This document shows, piece after piece, positions 24,280-37,071 of a DNA stretch of 64,000 nt. The notes under the pieces were generated by a model. That model was not told the DNA's origin and did no database searches. It saw only the letters and a program-made list of their open reading frames with translations. This stretch comes from Microbotryum violaceum (taxonomy: Eukaryota): assembly GCA_001244265.2 (NCBI GenBank), contig CDLV01000013.1, positions 1,054,001 through 1,118,000 on the forward strand, written 5' to 3'. Made by a program: the position numbers and the translations under genes. How positions within the stretch are numbered: position 1 is the first letter of the stretch; each line of letters opens with the position of its first letter.

Positions 24280-25990
24280 ATGCTCTCTTCGATGCTTTCC
24301 CGCCCCAAGATCTCGGTCACATTGGTCCAAGAAACCGTCTACGTGCACCCGACGTGCATGGACGACGAACCGTGGCAGGACAACGCGCCAACGTGGGAGC
24401 CGATCGTCTCGGGGACCGTGCTGCTTTCGCTACCTTCTCCCAGGACGGTCGATCGGATCAAGGTCGTCCTCGAAGGATTATGCAATGCTTTCGGTGAGTT
24501 CAGCATTTCTGTGGCCTCTTTGTCTCGGGAGTTGAGGAATCTGACATTGCGTCCGAGGCGTCCTCACTGACGCTCGAGTCAAGCGTCCCGAATACGGACT
24601 CCGGTGGCCTCGGCTTCGGGCTCCGGCGAGCGCTGAAGGCTTAAAGGAATGGCGGGGCACAGCAAGTCATAGATGACTGACCAGGCTTTTTCATTCAAAA
24701 TGGTCAGGTGGCTATGGATCGCGTTACGAAACTTCGACGACGCTGCACAAGGACGTTTTTGTCGACCTCAACGGGGAGATGCTGCCTGCAGGAACCCATG
24801 CGTGAGCACCTCTGTCACCATCTTGCTCCTCCCTCGACGTGGCATTGTGCCTGATCCAGAGTTCGGCGGTATTACAGCTTCAACTTCAGTTTCATCATTC
24901 CTTCGACTACGGCTGTATATCAAAAGTGCAACTTCGGCCGCGTACGACATTCTGTCAAAGCCACGGCCTACTTCACAGGGGCTCTGGCCGGCAACATCTC
25001 GACACCCCCCGTGGCCATGTGCGTCGTAGCCACCCCAAGCCGACCCGGAGAGCTCCCACTACCGACCAACATCGACATACAACATGTCAATGAACATCTC
25101 GGACCGGTCGGGATTCAGATCAACTCGCCCCATCTCACGGTCGCAAGTTTGCTTAGTGTACGAGTCGCGCTTCCATCCCCACCCGCGCCTGTCGAAATCA
25201 AGTCGATCAACTCGAGCATCCACCAGACTTACGAAATCCACTATACCGATGGTCAAATCGCCAAACCGCCATCCCAGACACACCTCTTGACCAAAGTCAG
25301 CATGAAAGCGTTCCCCTCTCTCACCGTGCCCATTTGCACGACCGACTGCGGATCCGATACCCCGAGTCATCGGACGAGCTCGGGCCTGAACCGGCTCGTC
25401 GCTTCCTCAAGAATCCTTTGCTCCTCAATCTTTCTCATACACCATGCTGTCCCCCCAAGCCTGACGTAGCCGAGGTGGACCCCTTCCCGCTTAAGCTCCT
25501 AAATGGTCAAGAGGACGAGTTCGTGTACAATCGCATGTTCCGCTGCCCTACGGACGCCTACATCCGCCCCACATCGCTCGAAGAGTCCAACAACATCATT
25601 CGAGCTTCCCACGTTATCGCCGTGGAAATTCGGTATAGGCAATCAGGGCAAACGGCGAAGGAACCGGATCAAGTTCTAACGATCCGCAAGTCGATTTCTA
25701 TCACCTCGTGTTGCTGCCTCTTGGACTCGCTCCAGTTGCCCGCCTACGCCCGAAAATCTCCCACTTTGGTCCTCCGACCTTTGAAAGAGGTCTGTCAGTG
25801 CGCCTTTACTCTCGAAGCGATGCTCGATCGTGATGGGGAGGCATTGCAGCGAGCGGCATCGCTCGAGGAACCGACCGGCAAGACGAGGCACGTTGGCTGC
25901 GCCCGCTCGAACAAATCACCGGCCTACATCGAGCCTTCTTCCTATGCGTCTTCACTTGCACCCTTACCCAGTCCACCTGCTGAAGACTAA
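24280..25990 (+). pseudogene. Arrestin-like tandem paralog, copy 2, with a single -1 frameshift (pseudogene or sequence error)
   Basis: Collinear with copy 1, same intron positions; frame breaks at the C4 run 25360-25363, and adding one C gives DTPESSDELGPEP versus copy 1 EAPESSTASGPEP. Confidence 0.7.
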
Positions 25991-26024
25991 GCGATTATTT
26001 TAGTTGTTGGTTCACGCATCTTGC

Positions 26025-26026
<2 letters not shown>

Positions 26027-26089
<63 letters not shown>
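26027..26089. repeat. (CT)n microsatellite, about 31 units
   Basis: Directly visible. Confidence 0.98.
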
Positions 26090-26091
<2 letters not shown>

Positions 26092-26201
26092 TTTATTCTC
26101 TTAGTAGAAGTATTCGTTCGTTTGTTTAGAGCCTCCTCTGTTTCTCAGTGACATGTTACACTGTTTTTTGGTTCGTACAAACACGCTGCGAGTCCTGATA
26201 C

Positions 26202-28863
26202 CTACATACTTTCAGCCGCAGCGACCTGAGCCGACTTTTCCTCCGCCGCCTCATCAGCGAGTTTCCGACAGCTCGTCACCACATCCAATACCTCGCCTAA
26301 GATCTTGCTCAATCCATGATCCTCCGACGTGGTCATGATCAACCTCTCCTCAATCGCCATCAATGCCTCAGCCCCCACCTTGGCCTCCGCGAAATCATGT
26401 CGTTCCAACCTCGCCCAAACACTTTCCCTCGTCGCGTTCGCTCCACCACTCTCTTCGACCGCAGCGAGCTGTTCAAAGATCGATGTCGCGCCTGGACCCA
26501 TGAGCGAATGGACCGAAGCGCCTCCGGCTGCTGCACCGAGCGAAAGCTTGACCGTTCGAGCGACATTACGAATGACGATGCACGCGAGGAAGCCCAACCC
26601 GGCTGGTTCTCCCGTATCGTCCAAAACGGCATGGTAACGATGATGCATCAACGTACTCGTGGGATCGAGCACGGGAGGTGGGTTCAGTCGATCTGCCGAG
26701 GTTGTGAATGCGGTGGAATGATCGGCGGCGAGGGACTCGATGTCGAGGTGTGGTAGGGAGGGGACGTGTACGCGCACATGGACCAACATTTCGTTTCGGT
26801 TCAGCGTCGTGAAGGGGCATTTGGTCCAGTAGCAGCTCGTTGCGGGGGAAGCGACAGAGACATGCCTCTGCTCGAGGTGAGTGTACAGCGCAGAGGCCGA
26901 TTTATACCCGTGCGCCGCATCACAGCCCGTCCATCTGCACGTAAACACCTTTTCGAGATCTGAAAGTATAGTCCGCAATGAGTAGGCGTCAACTGACGTA
27001 ATATATTGAAAAAAATGAGGCAAGGGGCACCCACCAACTCGTTCGCGTACTCGCAGTCCCCGAATGATGAACTTGCGCTCGTTCCCTTCTTGATGAACCA
27101 TCGGCATCGCAGTGGGGTGCGCTTCGGTCGACATCTTGATCACTTCAGCGGCGGCGAGCCAAGGCGCGCTCGTCGGGACGGTGGGCAAAGGTTTCTCAAA
27201 CTCCGCTCGGTAGGCCGTCCAGAACGCGACCTGGGTCAGACTTGAGTCGGGATCGGCTTCAAAGACGTATCGCATCCTATAGATAATCCAGTAAACATTT
27301 CAGTGGGGCGTTTCACAAGGCACAGAGTAGACGGAAAAAACTTACCAGGTCAATGTCCTCTCCGGCTCATTAAGGACTCGCAATTTGGCGCTCTCCTCCG
27401 CGTCTAGCTCTGCTGGGTTCTGCATCTTGAGCAATGCGATTTCAGGGTCAGACGAATGTCGAGGTGCCAACTTGCGATGCCACTCCGCGGCCTGTCCTCC
27501 CTTGACCGGAAGTGTTACTTCGACAATTTCCTTCCTTGCGCCGATATGAAACTTGGTCGTCACGAGCGACAGGATACCTCGTAGATCGGGTCGAGCCGCG
27601 AACGCGATCGCGTTCAAAGGGATGAGGGTGTGTTGGTACATAAAGTCGAGCACGGCGGAGGAGATCTCGAAGTCGGCGACGGGAAGCAATTCGACAGCGG
27701 TGTCGATGGGGTGCGGGTAGGGCTTTGGTAAAGGGGCGTGCTCGTGGTACGAGAACAGGGCAAACACGGGTTCGGATTTGTCGTTTTGGGAAAGAGCCGT
27801 GAGGCATCGGAAGGAGGAGATGACGAGTGCTCGGTCGGTCGATCGCGTGAGAGCGACGAGAAGAGAGAAGAGGCGCACGGCCGGCGACGAAGCCGGTTCG
27901 GGTGCTCGCTTCGACGGACCATTGCCGTGACCTGATGCCTCCTTGAGCGTCGCAATCGCATAACCTGGCAGCGTGAGAGGTACGTGCTCGGCGATGACTT
28001 CGAGCAGTTCGAGGACATGGAGCCGTAGCTCGGCGATCTCTTCCCCCTCGGGTCCGTCCCTCGCGCCTTCTTCGAGCACGTCCGCGATCAAAGCCGGCAG
28101 CTTCTTGCTCGTCTGCAGCAGCTTGGCGCTAGATCGTTCCAAAGCGATGTTGCGAATGACGAGTCCGGCCTCGCACGCCCTTCTTCGCCAGGTCTCTCGT
28201 TTATGGTCAATGGAGAGCACGTTCAAGTGGGCTCGGACGGTCGCACGTTGCGCATGCTTGACGTCGAGGTAGGAGTTGACGATGCCGATGAGCGCATCGA
28301 TGAGTCCGGGAAAGTCGGGTAATCGCAGTAGGTCGGGATCTGTGCCTGCGACTTGGACGAGCCGTTCGAGCGCGAAATCGATCTCACCGGCGAGGCCGGA
28401 TCGCAGGGACAGGGTGAGACGGTTGTGAGGCCCTGGTTCCAAATAGTGAGCTGTTGATGAGGATGAGAGCGTAGAGGGTTCAGTCGTGAGAACGGTGCTC
28501 CTGGATGGGGTGGGTGCGCTCGCTCTATCGCGACGACGAGGACCAGATCCACCGTGGCTCTGAACGCGTCACACCAAACACACGAGACTCACCTCCGCCG
28601 AAATGAGCGGCCCAGCGCTCCCTCGCCAAGGCCCTTCCACCTAGATGAGCATGACTTGATGCGGCGGCCGAAGCAGCCGACGCCCCAGCGTTGCCGACGC
28701 CATAAGGTCGACCGCCGGCTTGGGCGCCGTAGCCGTGAGGACGGGACGACGAGCTCGAGCCGGGCGTCGGATAGGGCAACGAGGTGTTGGGGTAGGGCTG
28801 GGTGCGAGCGTAGGTAGTCGGGCCAGGGCGTAAGACGAGCGATGAGCCCGCGCGCGTTGACAT
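26202..28863 (-). CDS. RSC9: RSC complex subunit Rsc9/ARID2-like
   Basis: NRLTLSLRSGLAGEIDFALERL, ARM-like body, RFX-like WMRYVFE..LTQVAFWTAY..KFIIRGLR, C2H2-like CRWTGC..H..H and CYWTKC..HVRVH. Confidence 0.75.
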
Positions 28864-29491
28864 CTTGTGCGGATGCTCGTTGGGAGATGCTCCTGAGACG
28901 GGGGACGCGACGCGCCTTGTTTTTGAATGGGAGGGGGGGTGTTCGGGAGAGGGGGTGTGTTGAAGCGGCTCGACGTGCCTGCGCGCGCATGGGCTCAATT
29001 GAGCCAGCTTGAGCCTGCGTGAGCACTGAGCGCTGAGCGCTGACTGAGCTGCAGGCTGGCGTGAGCTGCTGACGGGAGCTGATGAATCTGAAGCGCTTCA
29101 GCTCTGAAGATCTGAAGCAAGCCTCCGCGGCCCCGCAGGCACCCAGGCACACGACAAAGCACACCCGTGGCGGTCAAAAAAATGTGGAGTAGTCAGAGAA
29201 TGTCCGTCACTGGAATGGATGGTACAAGCCCAAAACATAGTCGACTCGATCTGTTCTTCAGGCGGTTGAGACTAAAAGAGACTGTTACAGAGCCGCTATT
29301 TTTGGGAACTGCAGGGACCCTGTGGCTGCCCTCTTGCCCCTTTAACCGAGTGTTCCATACCGGACCGTACCGGACGGCGTCCAGCCAGAGCCAGCTCGGG
29401 CTTTGTTCTCTCTCCTCTGATTTTCCCGCTCGTGCGCGCTCGTCTCGCTTGTCGTGCCGTGCGTTGTCGAGCTGGACCACAACGCAAGGCC

Positions 29492-31571
29492 ATGAACGAC
29501 CGCTACTTGCCCTCGCCGGCGGGCACACAGCTGCTCGTCGACGTGCGCGGTGCCGAGATCATCCCGTGCGACGACGACAGCCCTCGCATCGGCCTGCCCA
29601 ATCACGAGGAGATGATCTCCCACATTGCGCTCGATGTCAGTTGGCGTCTCCCGTTCTCCAGTCCGTTCGCTCTTGGCGTCTTGGCTCTGACGCTACACAT
29701 CGTACGAGCTCCCACAGATTGGTGGATCGTTGGCCAAGGTCGTCTACTTTACTCGGACACCTCGCAGTTCGTCGCGCAAGCCTCAGCCATCCTCGAACGC
29801 TGCCTCGACTAGCACGATCGACTCGTCCTCGTCCTCCTCGACACCCAACACCCCTCACTCGACGAAGGACCGAGACAAGTCACCTGAAACACCCCCGGCA
29901 TCTCCAGCAGCGAAGCCGAATGGATACCTCAACCCGAAATCACTGCTGCAACGCCCCTCCGTGATTCATGCCCCCACCTCATCCTCGTACTCCTCCCCAG
30001 CGGCCTCCTCCGCTTCCTCTGCGGGCCCATCCTCCAGCACTGCACCACCAACAACACCTGGGTCCACATCGTCAAGTCGATACCCGCCCTTCTCCTCGCA
30101 TCTACGACGACGGTCTTCGACGTCGCGTATCCCTTCCGGTGGTCGGCTCAACTTTATCAAGTTCGAAACCTCGAACCTATCCGCCTGTATCGATTTCCTC
30201 TCGACCCTTATCTCCTCCTCCGCATCCTCAAACGGCGTTCCCTTGGAAGTGATGAAGCGAAATGTCAAAATCATGGCCACCGGTGGAGGAGCGCACAAGT
30301 ACCACCAGCGGTTGAGGGACGAATTGGGCGTCGAGGTTCGAAGGGAGGAGGAGATGGAATGTCTCGTTTTGGGATTGGGGTTCGTGATGGAGGTTCCGGA
30401 CGAGGTGTTTTGGTATTCGGACGAACTCGTACAGGCCATATCTCACCCTTCGACTTCGTCAACGACGACCTTTAATCCAAAGGGGACACTGAACCCGTTC
30501 CACGACCCTGAGCCCATCCCCACTTCCACGAGCAGCAGCGCTTCTCCAAGCCACGAAGTCGAACTCCCTCGTCCCTCACCCAACCCACCATGCTACTCTC
30601 TCTCATTCGATGCCAGTCCAACCCCCGCCCAATTCCCCTGTCTGCTCGTCAACATCGGTTCGGGCGTTTCGATCATCAAAGTCGACGATTATGGGAAGTT
30701 CGAACGTATTTCGGGAACGAGTTTGGGTGGGGGTACGTTGTGGGGTTTGTTGAGTTTATTGACGGGGGCAAAATCATTCGATGGTCAGTGCCAGACTTTC
30801 GATCACTATCTCTTCGAAAACTCGCTGGTCTCACTGACCGAGCATTCCGTCCCTTTCCGTGCAGACATGCTCGCCTTGGCCGACAAAGGGGATAATTCTT
30901 CGGTCGACATGTTGGTCGGTGACATCTACGGCCAAGATTATCAAAAGATCGGACTCAAATCCTCCACCATCGCCTCTTCCTTCGGCAAAGTGTTTCGTAA
31001 AGACGAGGAGCAAAAACCCGTTCCAACCTCGGATCCGGCGTCCGCTTTCTCTACCCAAGCCGAAGACCGTCCCAAAAAACACTTCAAACACGAAGACATT
31101 TCCCGCTCGCTCCTCTACGCCATCTCCAATAATATCGGCCAAATCGCCTACATGAACGCCGAGAAACATCATCTCGACCGCATCTATTTCGGAGGTGGTT
31201 TCATCAGAGGTCACGCGGCGACGATCTCGACTTTATCGTACGCGATTAGGTTTTGGAGTAAAGGTACCAAGAAGGCCTTGTTCTTGAGACATGAGGGTTA
31301 TTTGGGCGGGATTGGCGCGTGGTTGAAGAATTTGAGTGAGGGGTACGAAACGCCTGTCATTGGCAGGGAAGAGGTCGCTTTGCCTTTGCCCGAACTGATT
31401 GAGGTTGGCGGGAGATCGAAGAGGGAGAGCGAAAGGGGGGATAAGGCGGCTGCGAATGAGGATGAGGCTGATGGGTTGTCGACGCCTATACAGACACTGA
31501 TATTCGATAGTGCGGCGAATGCATTGCAGGCCGCGTTGGAGGGAGCCGAGGGCAAATCGTCCAGGACATGA
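29492..31571 (+). CDS. CAB1: Type II pantothenate kinase (fumble family)
   Basis: IALD/IGGSLAKVVY, ATGGGAHKY, LLVNIGSGVS, GTSLGGGT, DMLVGDIYG, IASSFGK, FLRHEGYLG. Confidence 0.95.
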
Positions 31572-31782
31572 TCTCACGTAGTACTATTCCTCCTTGGCAC
31601 TCTTATCTTGTGCTCGCACCGCAATGGTAACCCGAGTCCTCGAGATTGTTCTATGGACAGAAATGTAAATTTCAAAACCAACAGGAGAGAGTAGTAATAC
31701 TAGTCAATATGCAGGAAGACAAGCCAGAAAGGGTTCAAAAAGCCGCTAGCAAGCGTATTATCTTTATTTTCGTCGAGGTGAT

Positions 31783-33132
31783 CTACTTGGTCTTCTCGTC
31801 AACCTTCTTCGAGACGTTCTATGAGTAGGACACTTGGCTCAATCAGCGTCCCATGGGCGTGAAAGCATTTTTCCTAGATTCCGTGCACTCACCGATGCAG
31901 CCGAGTCGGCCTTCTTGGAAAGGTCCTTAGCGTTGTTGGAAGTGGACTTTGCTGCCGAGTCGTAAGCGTTGGAAGCCTTGTTCTTCAAGCTGGTTGAAGG
32001 AGGATGCGTCTTAACTCATCAGTTCTGTGCACGCTAAGCCCAGATCGATTCAGCTAGAACTGACTCTTGTGTGCTCGAGTTGCTGAGCTCGCCGGCTCCC
32101 TCCTCGACCTTCTTGGCGCCGGTTGCAATAATGCTGTGTGACGCGTAGCTCCGAGACAAATCAGCATCGATGTCGGCTTTTAGCATTAATGCCACCGCAC
32201 TTACTTCTCGGCGGCACCGATGGCGCTGGCAGCGACCTCTCGGACCTGCTGGACGACACCCTTGCCTTGAGGCTGGGCTTGGTCGGCACCCTCATGGGCG
32301 GTCTCCTTGGCCTGTTGAGCGCCACCGGCAACGACACTACACAGAAGTGAAAGGGTGCGATGAGTCAGTGTATGCAAATCATTCGTCGGCTGTGCCCTGT
32401 CCAGGATCTAGCCAGGTCGAAAATTCTGCGCCGGGAGAAAACCCTCGCTCGGTCTGGACCAGGTCCGAGTCAAAGGCTAGAATAGCAGTTGCACTGACCC
32501 TTGAACGGTGTGGAGCACATTGGCAGCCAAATCTCTCGACTCGTTGACGAGACCACCAAGAGTGACGCCACCTTGCTTGTTCTCGGTTGCGTCCTCGACG
32601 GACTTGGCGGCCTTGTGACCGCCAAGGCCGACGACGGACTTGGCGTATTCGACCGAGTGCGAAGCGAGGTTGGTGGCTTGGTGGAGGATCGTTTCGTCAC
32701 CGACGGTACCACCGGTGGCGTTTCCGACTGTTGGGTGGTAATAAAGGGGAATGGCGAAGCGAGTCAAAGATCGGCTTCGGATTTCAGCAGGGGAGAGTGA
32801 GGTTGAGTGTGATCGAGAGACTGTGGCCATGTCGGGCAGGGGCTCCCGCGTTGCAGCTAAGGAGGCTCTCGCTGTGCCACTGCCACTGCACAGCCGCCAT
32901 TCGGCACGTCGTCCTAAACCAGCAGACTATAGAAATTGGCAACTCATGCAAAAAGTATAGATGACTGACCCTTGTTGGAGATGGATTCGTTGGACGACCT
33001 GCGGAGGAGGGTGAGGATTTGGTGGGGGGCGAAAGAAGGACGTCATCGACGGGTCAATCGCCAGTTCGGGCAATGGTTCGGGGAAAGGACCACGTCGTAC
33101 GACTACCCTGAATCATGTAACGCTACTCACAT
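31783..33132 (-). CDS. Small hydrophilic LEA/stress-like protein, about 7 coding exons
   Basis: Manual splicing gives a continuous ORF MSSNESISNKVGNATGG...AQQAKETAHEGADQ...LKNKASNAYDSAAK...KVDEKTK*; A/K/S/E-rich amphipathic repeats; canonical splice sites. Confidence 0.7.
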
Positions 33133-33603
33133 ATTATAGTGTGTGGGTTGGTTCGAGTGTTGTGGATGGGAGGAGCAGTGAATGGATGTGGGAGGGGAGA
33201 GAGAGAGAGAGAGAAAGGGAGAGAGAAAGAGCAAGCGAGACCTTGTTCCCAATCGTGATGTCGTCATAGCCAGCGACCCGCCGAGGCTCGACGTGGCACG
33301 CGCAGTCGCCCACTAGTTGCGCGTGTCAACGCCCCTCGACGCGTTTGATCATTAGAAGCACCCAGAAAGTGCAAAGAAAGCTGTCCCCTCCTTCGATGCG
33401 TCTCATCGGAGCCGATCAACTAATCCGACGATCGACGATCCTTGACATGCTCACCCCTTTAACAGGGCCCCCGAGCTTTCCTCGCAGCTCTTTCGGGGTC
33501 TTCTCATTTGATGCGTAATACCCATGGTCCGGGCGATCCCGCTCCAATATCAATTACAACAGATGGCTTCAAGAACATAGCCTGATCACTCCCACTCCGA
33601 TCC

Positions 33604-34944
33604 CTACTTCTTGACCCTGATGCCCAACATCGCCGCCATCCGATCGCTGCTCTTGCCCTTCTTCCTCATCGGAGGTGGCTTCATCGTACCCGCCTTGGAG
33701 ACGAAATCCCGATGTTCGGCCGATAATAAGGATGCAGGCGTCGGTTCGACTTGGTCCAATTTGCGTTTGATCGAAGTTGTTGTGGATGCTGGTGTGGTGG
33801 AAGGACTCGACCCAGCGTAGCCGGAACCGGATCCAGAACCAACGTCTTGTCCATCCCTCGGTGTTTGTGGACTATCTCCCGCGTCCGAACCAGAAGACGA
33901 CAACGCCGCCGCTTCCTCCAACTCGATGTCCGGAACTCCGCCCACATGGGTCCTCCCAAACACCTTTCTAATTTCCTGTTCGTCCTCCTCTTCCTGCCTC
34001 TTCAAGCCCTGCTCGTACTCGGTCAACTTGCGTCTCACGTCCCGATCGCCGACCTCGACCATGGTCGTGACCCGATCCAACACTTTGTCCGCAATGCCGT
34101 CCTTCCTTCCCGCTCGTTCGATCCTCGCATTTTTGGCTTTCAGTTCCTGCAAGGCGTCGAGGATATCCATCTCGCGCTTCGAGTCGATCGCTTTCGATTC
34201 CAACTCGGCCATCGCGTTAGATTCTTCTTCCTCGAGTTCGGTCAAACGGTCGACGTTGGGATCGGTATTGAGTGGTTCGGCTCGCCAGGGTTCAAAGTTG
34301 CGTTGGGCACCGTGTTCGGCTTGGTAATCGGAGTTTCTGAACGAAGAAAAAAAAAAAAAAATCTAGGTTAACTCCGAGAAAGAAGATTGTCCAGTGCCAG
34401 CCCTCGCCCGACCAGCTTACTTTGGATCGGTCTTGAATGTGATTTCGGCGGAGCACTGCGTGCACTTGATGTAGAACCGAAAGATCTACGCAAGTAGCTT
34501 CACGCATCAGCAACTGATTTTTTAAGGGGTGGGTCAACGCGTCATAGCTCACCTTGATCCCATAGTACTCCTCGCCCAAGACGGTCTCCTTGCGCGCGTT
34601 GAATTTCTTGCCCTTGTAGATGTACTCGCCACAGGTCGTGCAGCGCATCGAAAAGGGGGCCATCAGACGGACGACCTGTTGCTTGTCCTTGGGCATCTTT
34701 CGCCGAGGGATCTGGGGAGAGGCGTTCAGAGAGCGTGGGAGCTTAGTGGAAAGGTCCGGACAAGAGAGAGGTGAGAGGTGAGCCTAGGGTCGATCGCCTA
34801 CCTTTGAAGGATCAAAGTCCGCAGGAAAGTACTGTGGGAAGACAGTGTGGTCCAAGTCAGCCGGGTGCTATTCGGGGGTTGAAGGGTTGGGTCTAGCCGA
34901 GAGAAGGGGGCGCTTACCTTGTTGAGCACCTTACGTTCCGACAT
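33604..34944 (-). CDS. YJU2: Splicing factor YJU2/CWC16 (CCDC94)
   Basis: [61 protein letters not shown]. Confidence 0.95.
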
Positions 34945-35409
34945 GGTGGCGGATCAGACTCGAGGTGCAAGGTGAAAGTGGGTTTGGGAGGAGAGAGTTG
35001 TGTGCTTGTATGATCTCGGATTGTGACGGCGATGATCCGAAAGAGGCGTGAGACTGGGTCGAGTCTGCTGGCGTGCGAGGTGGTCGTGCTGCCTGCGGTG
35101 GGTGGTGTGGGAAGTGCTAGCTAGGTGTGCCTATGAGCTGGCTGCACCTCCACCCGTTGAGGTGTGCAGCAGGTTTCGGATGCGTTGCAATGTGGCGAGG
35201 TCGAGACAGCAAGGAGGTTGATCGGTTCAGCGCGCCTGGCGATTCTTGTTAGATTCTGTCTTTGCATATACAAGATTAGCTGCAATGGTAATCTGGAATC
35301 TGTGAGTAGTTGAAGTGATCAATTGGGCGGGCGCGCCTGAACAGAGTCCGCGCCAGAGATAGCTCTTGTTCATACACACATCCGAGTCGACTCACAAGCC
35401 ACTGCAAGT

Positions 35410-36693
35410 ATGTCGGCGACTCACCCTTCCGTGTCGCTCTACGTCAGCAACCTCAACATCAACATCAAAAAGGACGGCAAGTAGCGCGCACACCCATCCA
35501 CAGCTCAGCTTCCCCATCCTGTCTTTAGCTGACCTCTCCATCACACACGTACGCACCCCAGAGCTGAAACGCTCCCTCTACGTCCTCTTTGGTTTGTACG
35601 GCAAGGTACTGGACGTCGTACACGTCAGGGCGGCCAAGGTCCGGTCGACGGCCTTCATCGTCTTTCGTGAACTCGCACCCGCGACCGCCGCGTTGAGGGC
35701 ACTGGATGGCGAGGCATTCTATGGATTGCAGTTGGTACGCTATCCGGATAGCATCACTATTGGCTGCCCTTTTCGCTTCTCGACTGGGAATTCAGCCTCG
35801 AGATCGTTGAAACGCCCCCCCCGCTGATCGCTGATCGCTGTTCGCTGTTCCTCGCTCCCTCCTCCCTCCTCCCTCCTCCCACCTTCCCATTCTTCACCAC
35901 CACCAGCGCGTAACTTACGCCAAAACCCCTTCCCACGCCACCATCGCCCACCACGAAGGCCCCGAAGCCGTCTACGCCATCAAGCTCGGTCTCCGTTCCG
36001 CCGCCGACGCCGCGAGTGGCAGCAAGTCCAAGTTGATCGTCTCGAGCGCGCAAAAGAACCAACTCGATGCGTTGAAGAAGGCCAAGAGGGGCAGGGACAA
36101 TGATGCGGTTGCTGAGGACGAGGAAGAGCAAGACAGCGAGGATGGAGAGGGACCGGAGAAGAAGAAGGGCAAGACGGGCGAGGCGGAGCAGGACGACGGA
36201 CCGGAGGAGGAGGAAGATGGTCAGTTTGGCCAGCTTATCACGCGTCGAGGGTGGCTGGGAGCTGACGTGCATACTACACTACCTGCACCACAGACGCCAT
36301 GGACGAGGAATCGGACGAAGATGTACCGCTGTCTGCAGCAGCAACATCAAAGTACCCCGCCGAGGCCAGCCCATCGCTCTTCATCGAAGGACTGCCCGCC
36401 GAGGTCACGGGCGAGATGCTGCTACCCTTGTTCCAACAGTCAGTACACCATACCAAGTCTGGTGCGTACATACATTTTCCACTAACGCGGTCTACATTTC
36501 TACCCGTCCTAGATATCCTGGTCTCTCCTCGGTCAAGTTATTACCGACCCCTCCTGGTTCGGGAACGAATGCGGGCCGAGCACACGCCGTGTATGAGACT
36601 GTGGGACAGGCATCGACGGCCAAAGAGGCGCTCGACCAGTTCTTGTTGGCACCTCAGACACCCATGTCTGTTAGTTGGATGAAGAAGGCCTAA
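35410..36693 (+). CDS. U1A/U2B''-like snRNP protein (two RRMs)
   Basis: SLYVSNLNINIKKDELKRSLYVLFGLYGKVLDVV..AFIVF..YAKTPS; second RRM SLFIEGLPAEVT..LFQQYPG. Confidence 0.88.
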
Positions 36694-37071
36694 GGGGCGT
36701 ATGGGGGGACGGGTGAGCATGCCTGCCACTGTCTGATTATTTTTGTTTGACTGGGGCTAGACAACCAAAAGCGTGTTTTGGATGACCCGCAATGTACTAT
36801 TCGCACCTAAACTGCTAGCTGGCTCACGAAGGGAGGTCCGAGCTCGACGTTTCGGCGACTTGCCGAGCTGATTACGTCGTCGCGCAAAGGCACGGCGCTA
36901 CCCGCGCAAACAGCCCGCCTTGACATTAGTCAGATCAGTTCGATCTAGGCCTATCCTGCTCGATGACCTCAGCGGTGTCCGATGCACCACTGCTTTCTTC
37001 TCCCTTCACATCACAATCCCCTACATCTACAACCCTACTACGCACTCACATCCACACCCTCACCTCGAAAC

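Noticed and set aside
36693..36830. U1A autoregulatory PIE-like boxes in the 3' region (AATGTAC, ATTCGCAC)
   Set aside because: No exact AUUGCAC/AUUGUAC and no supporting stem structure
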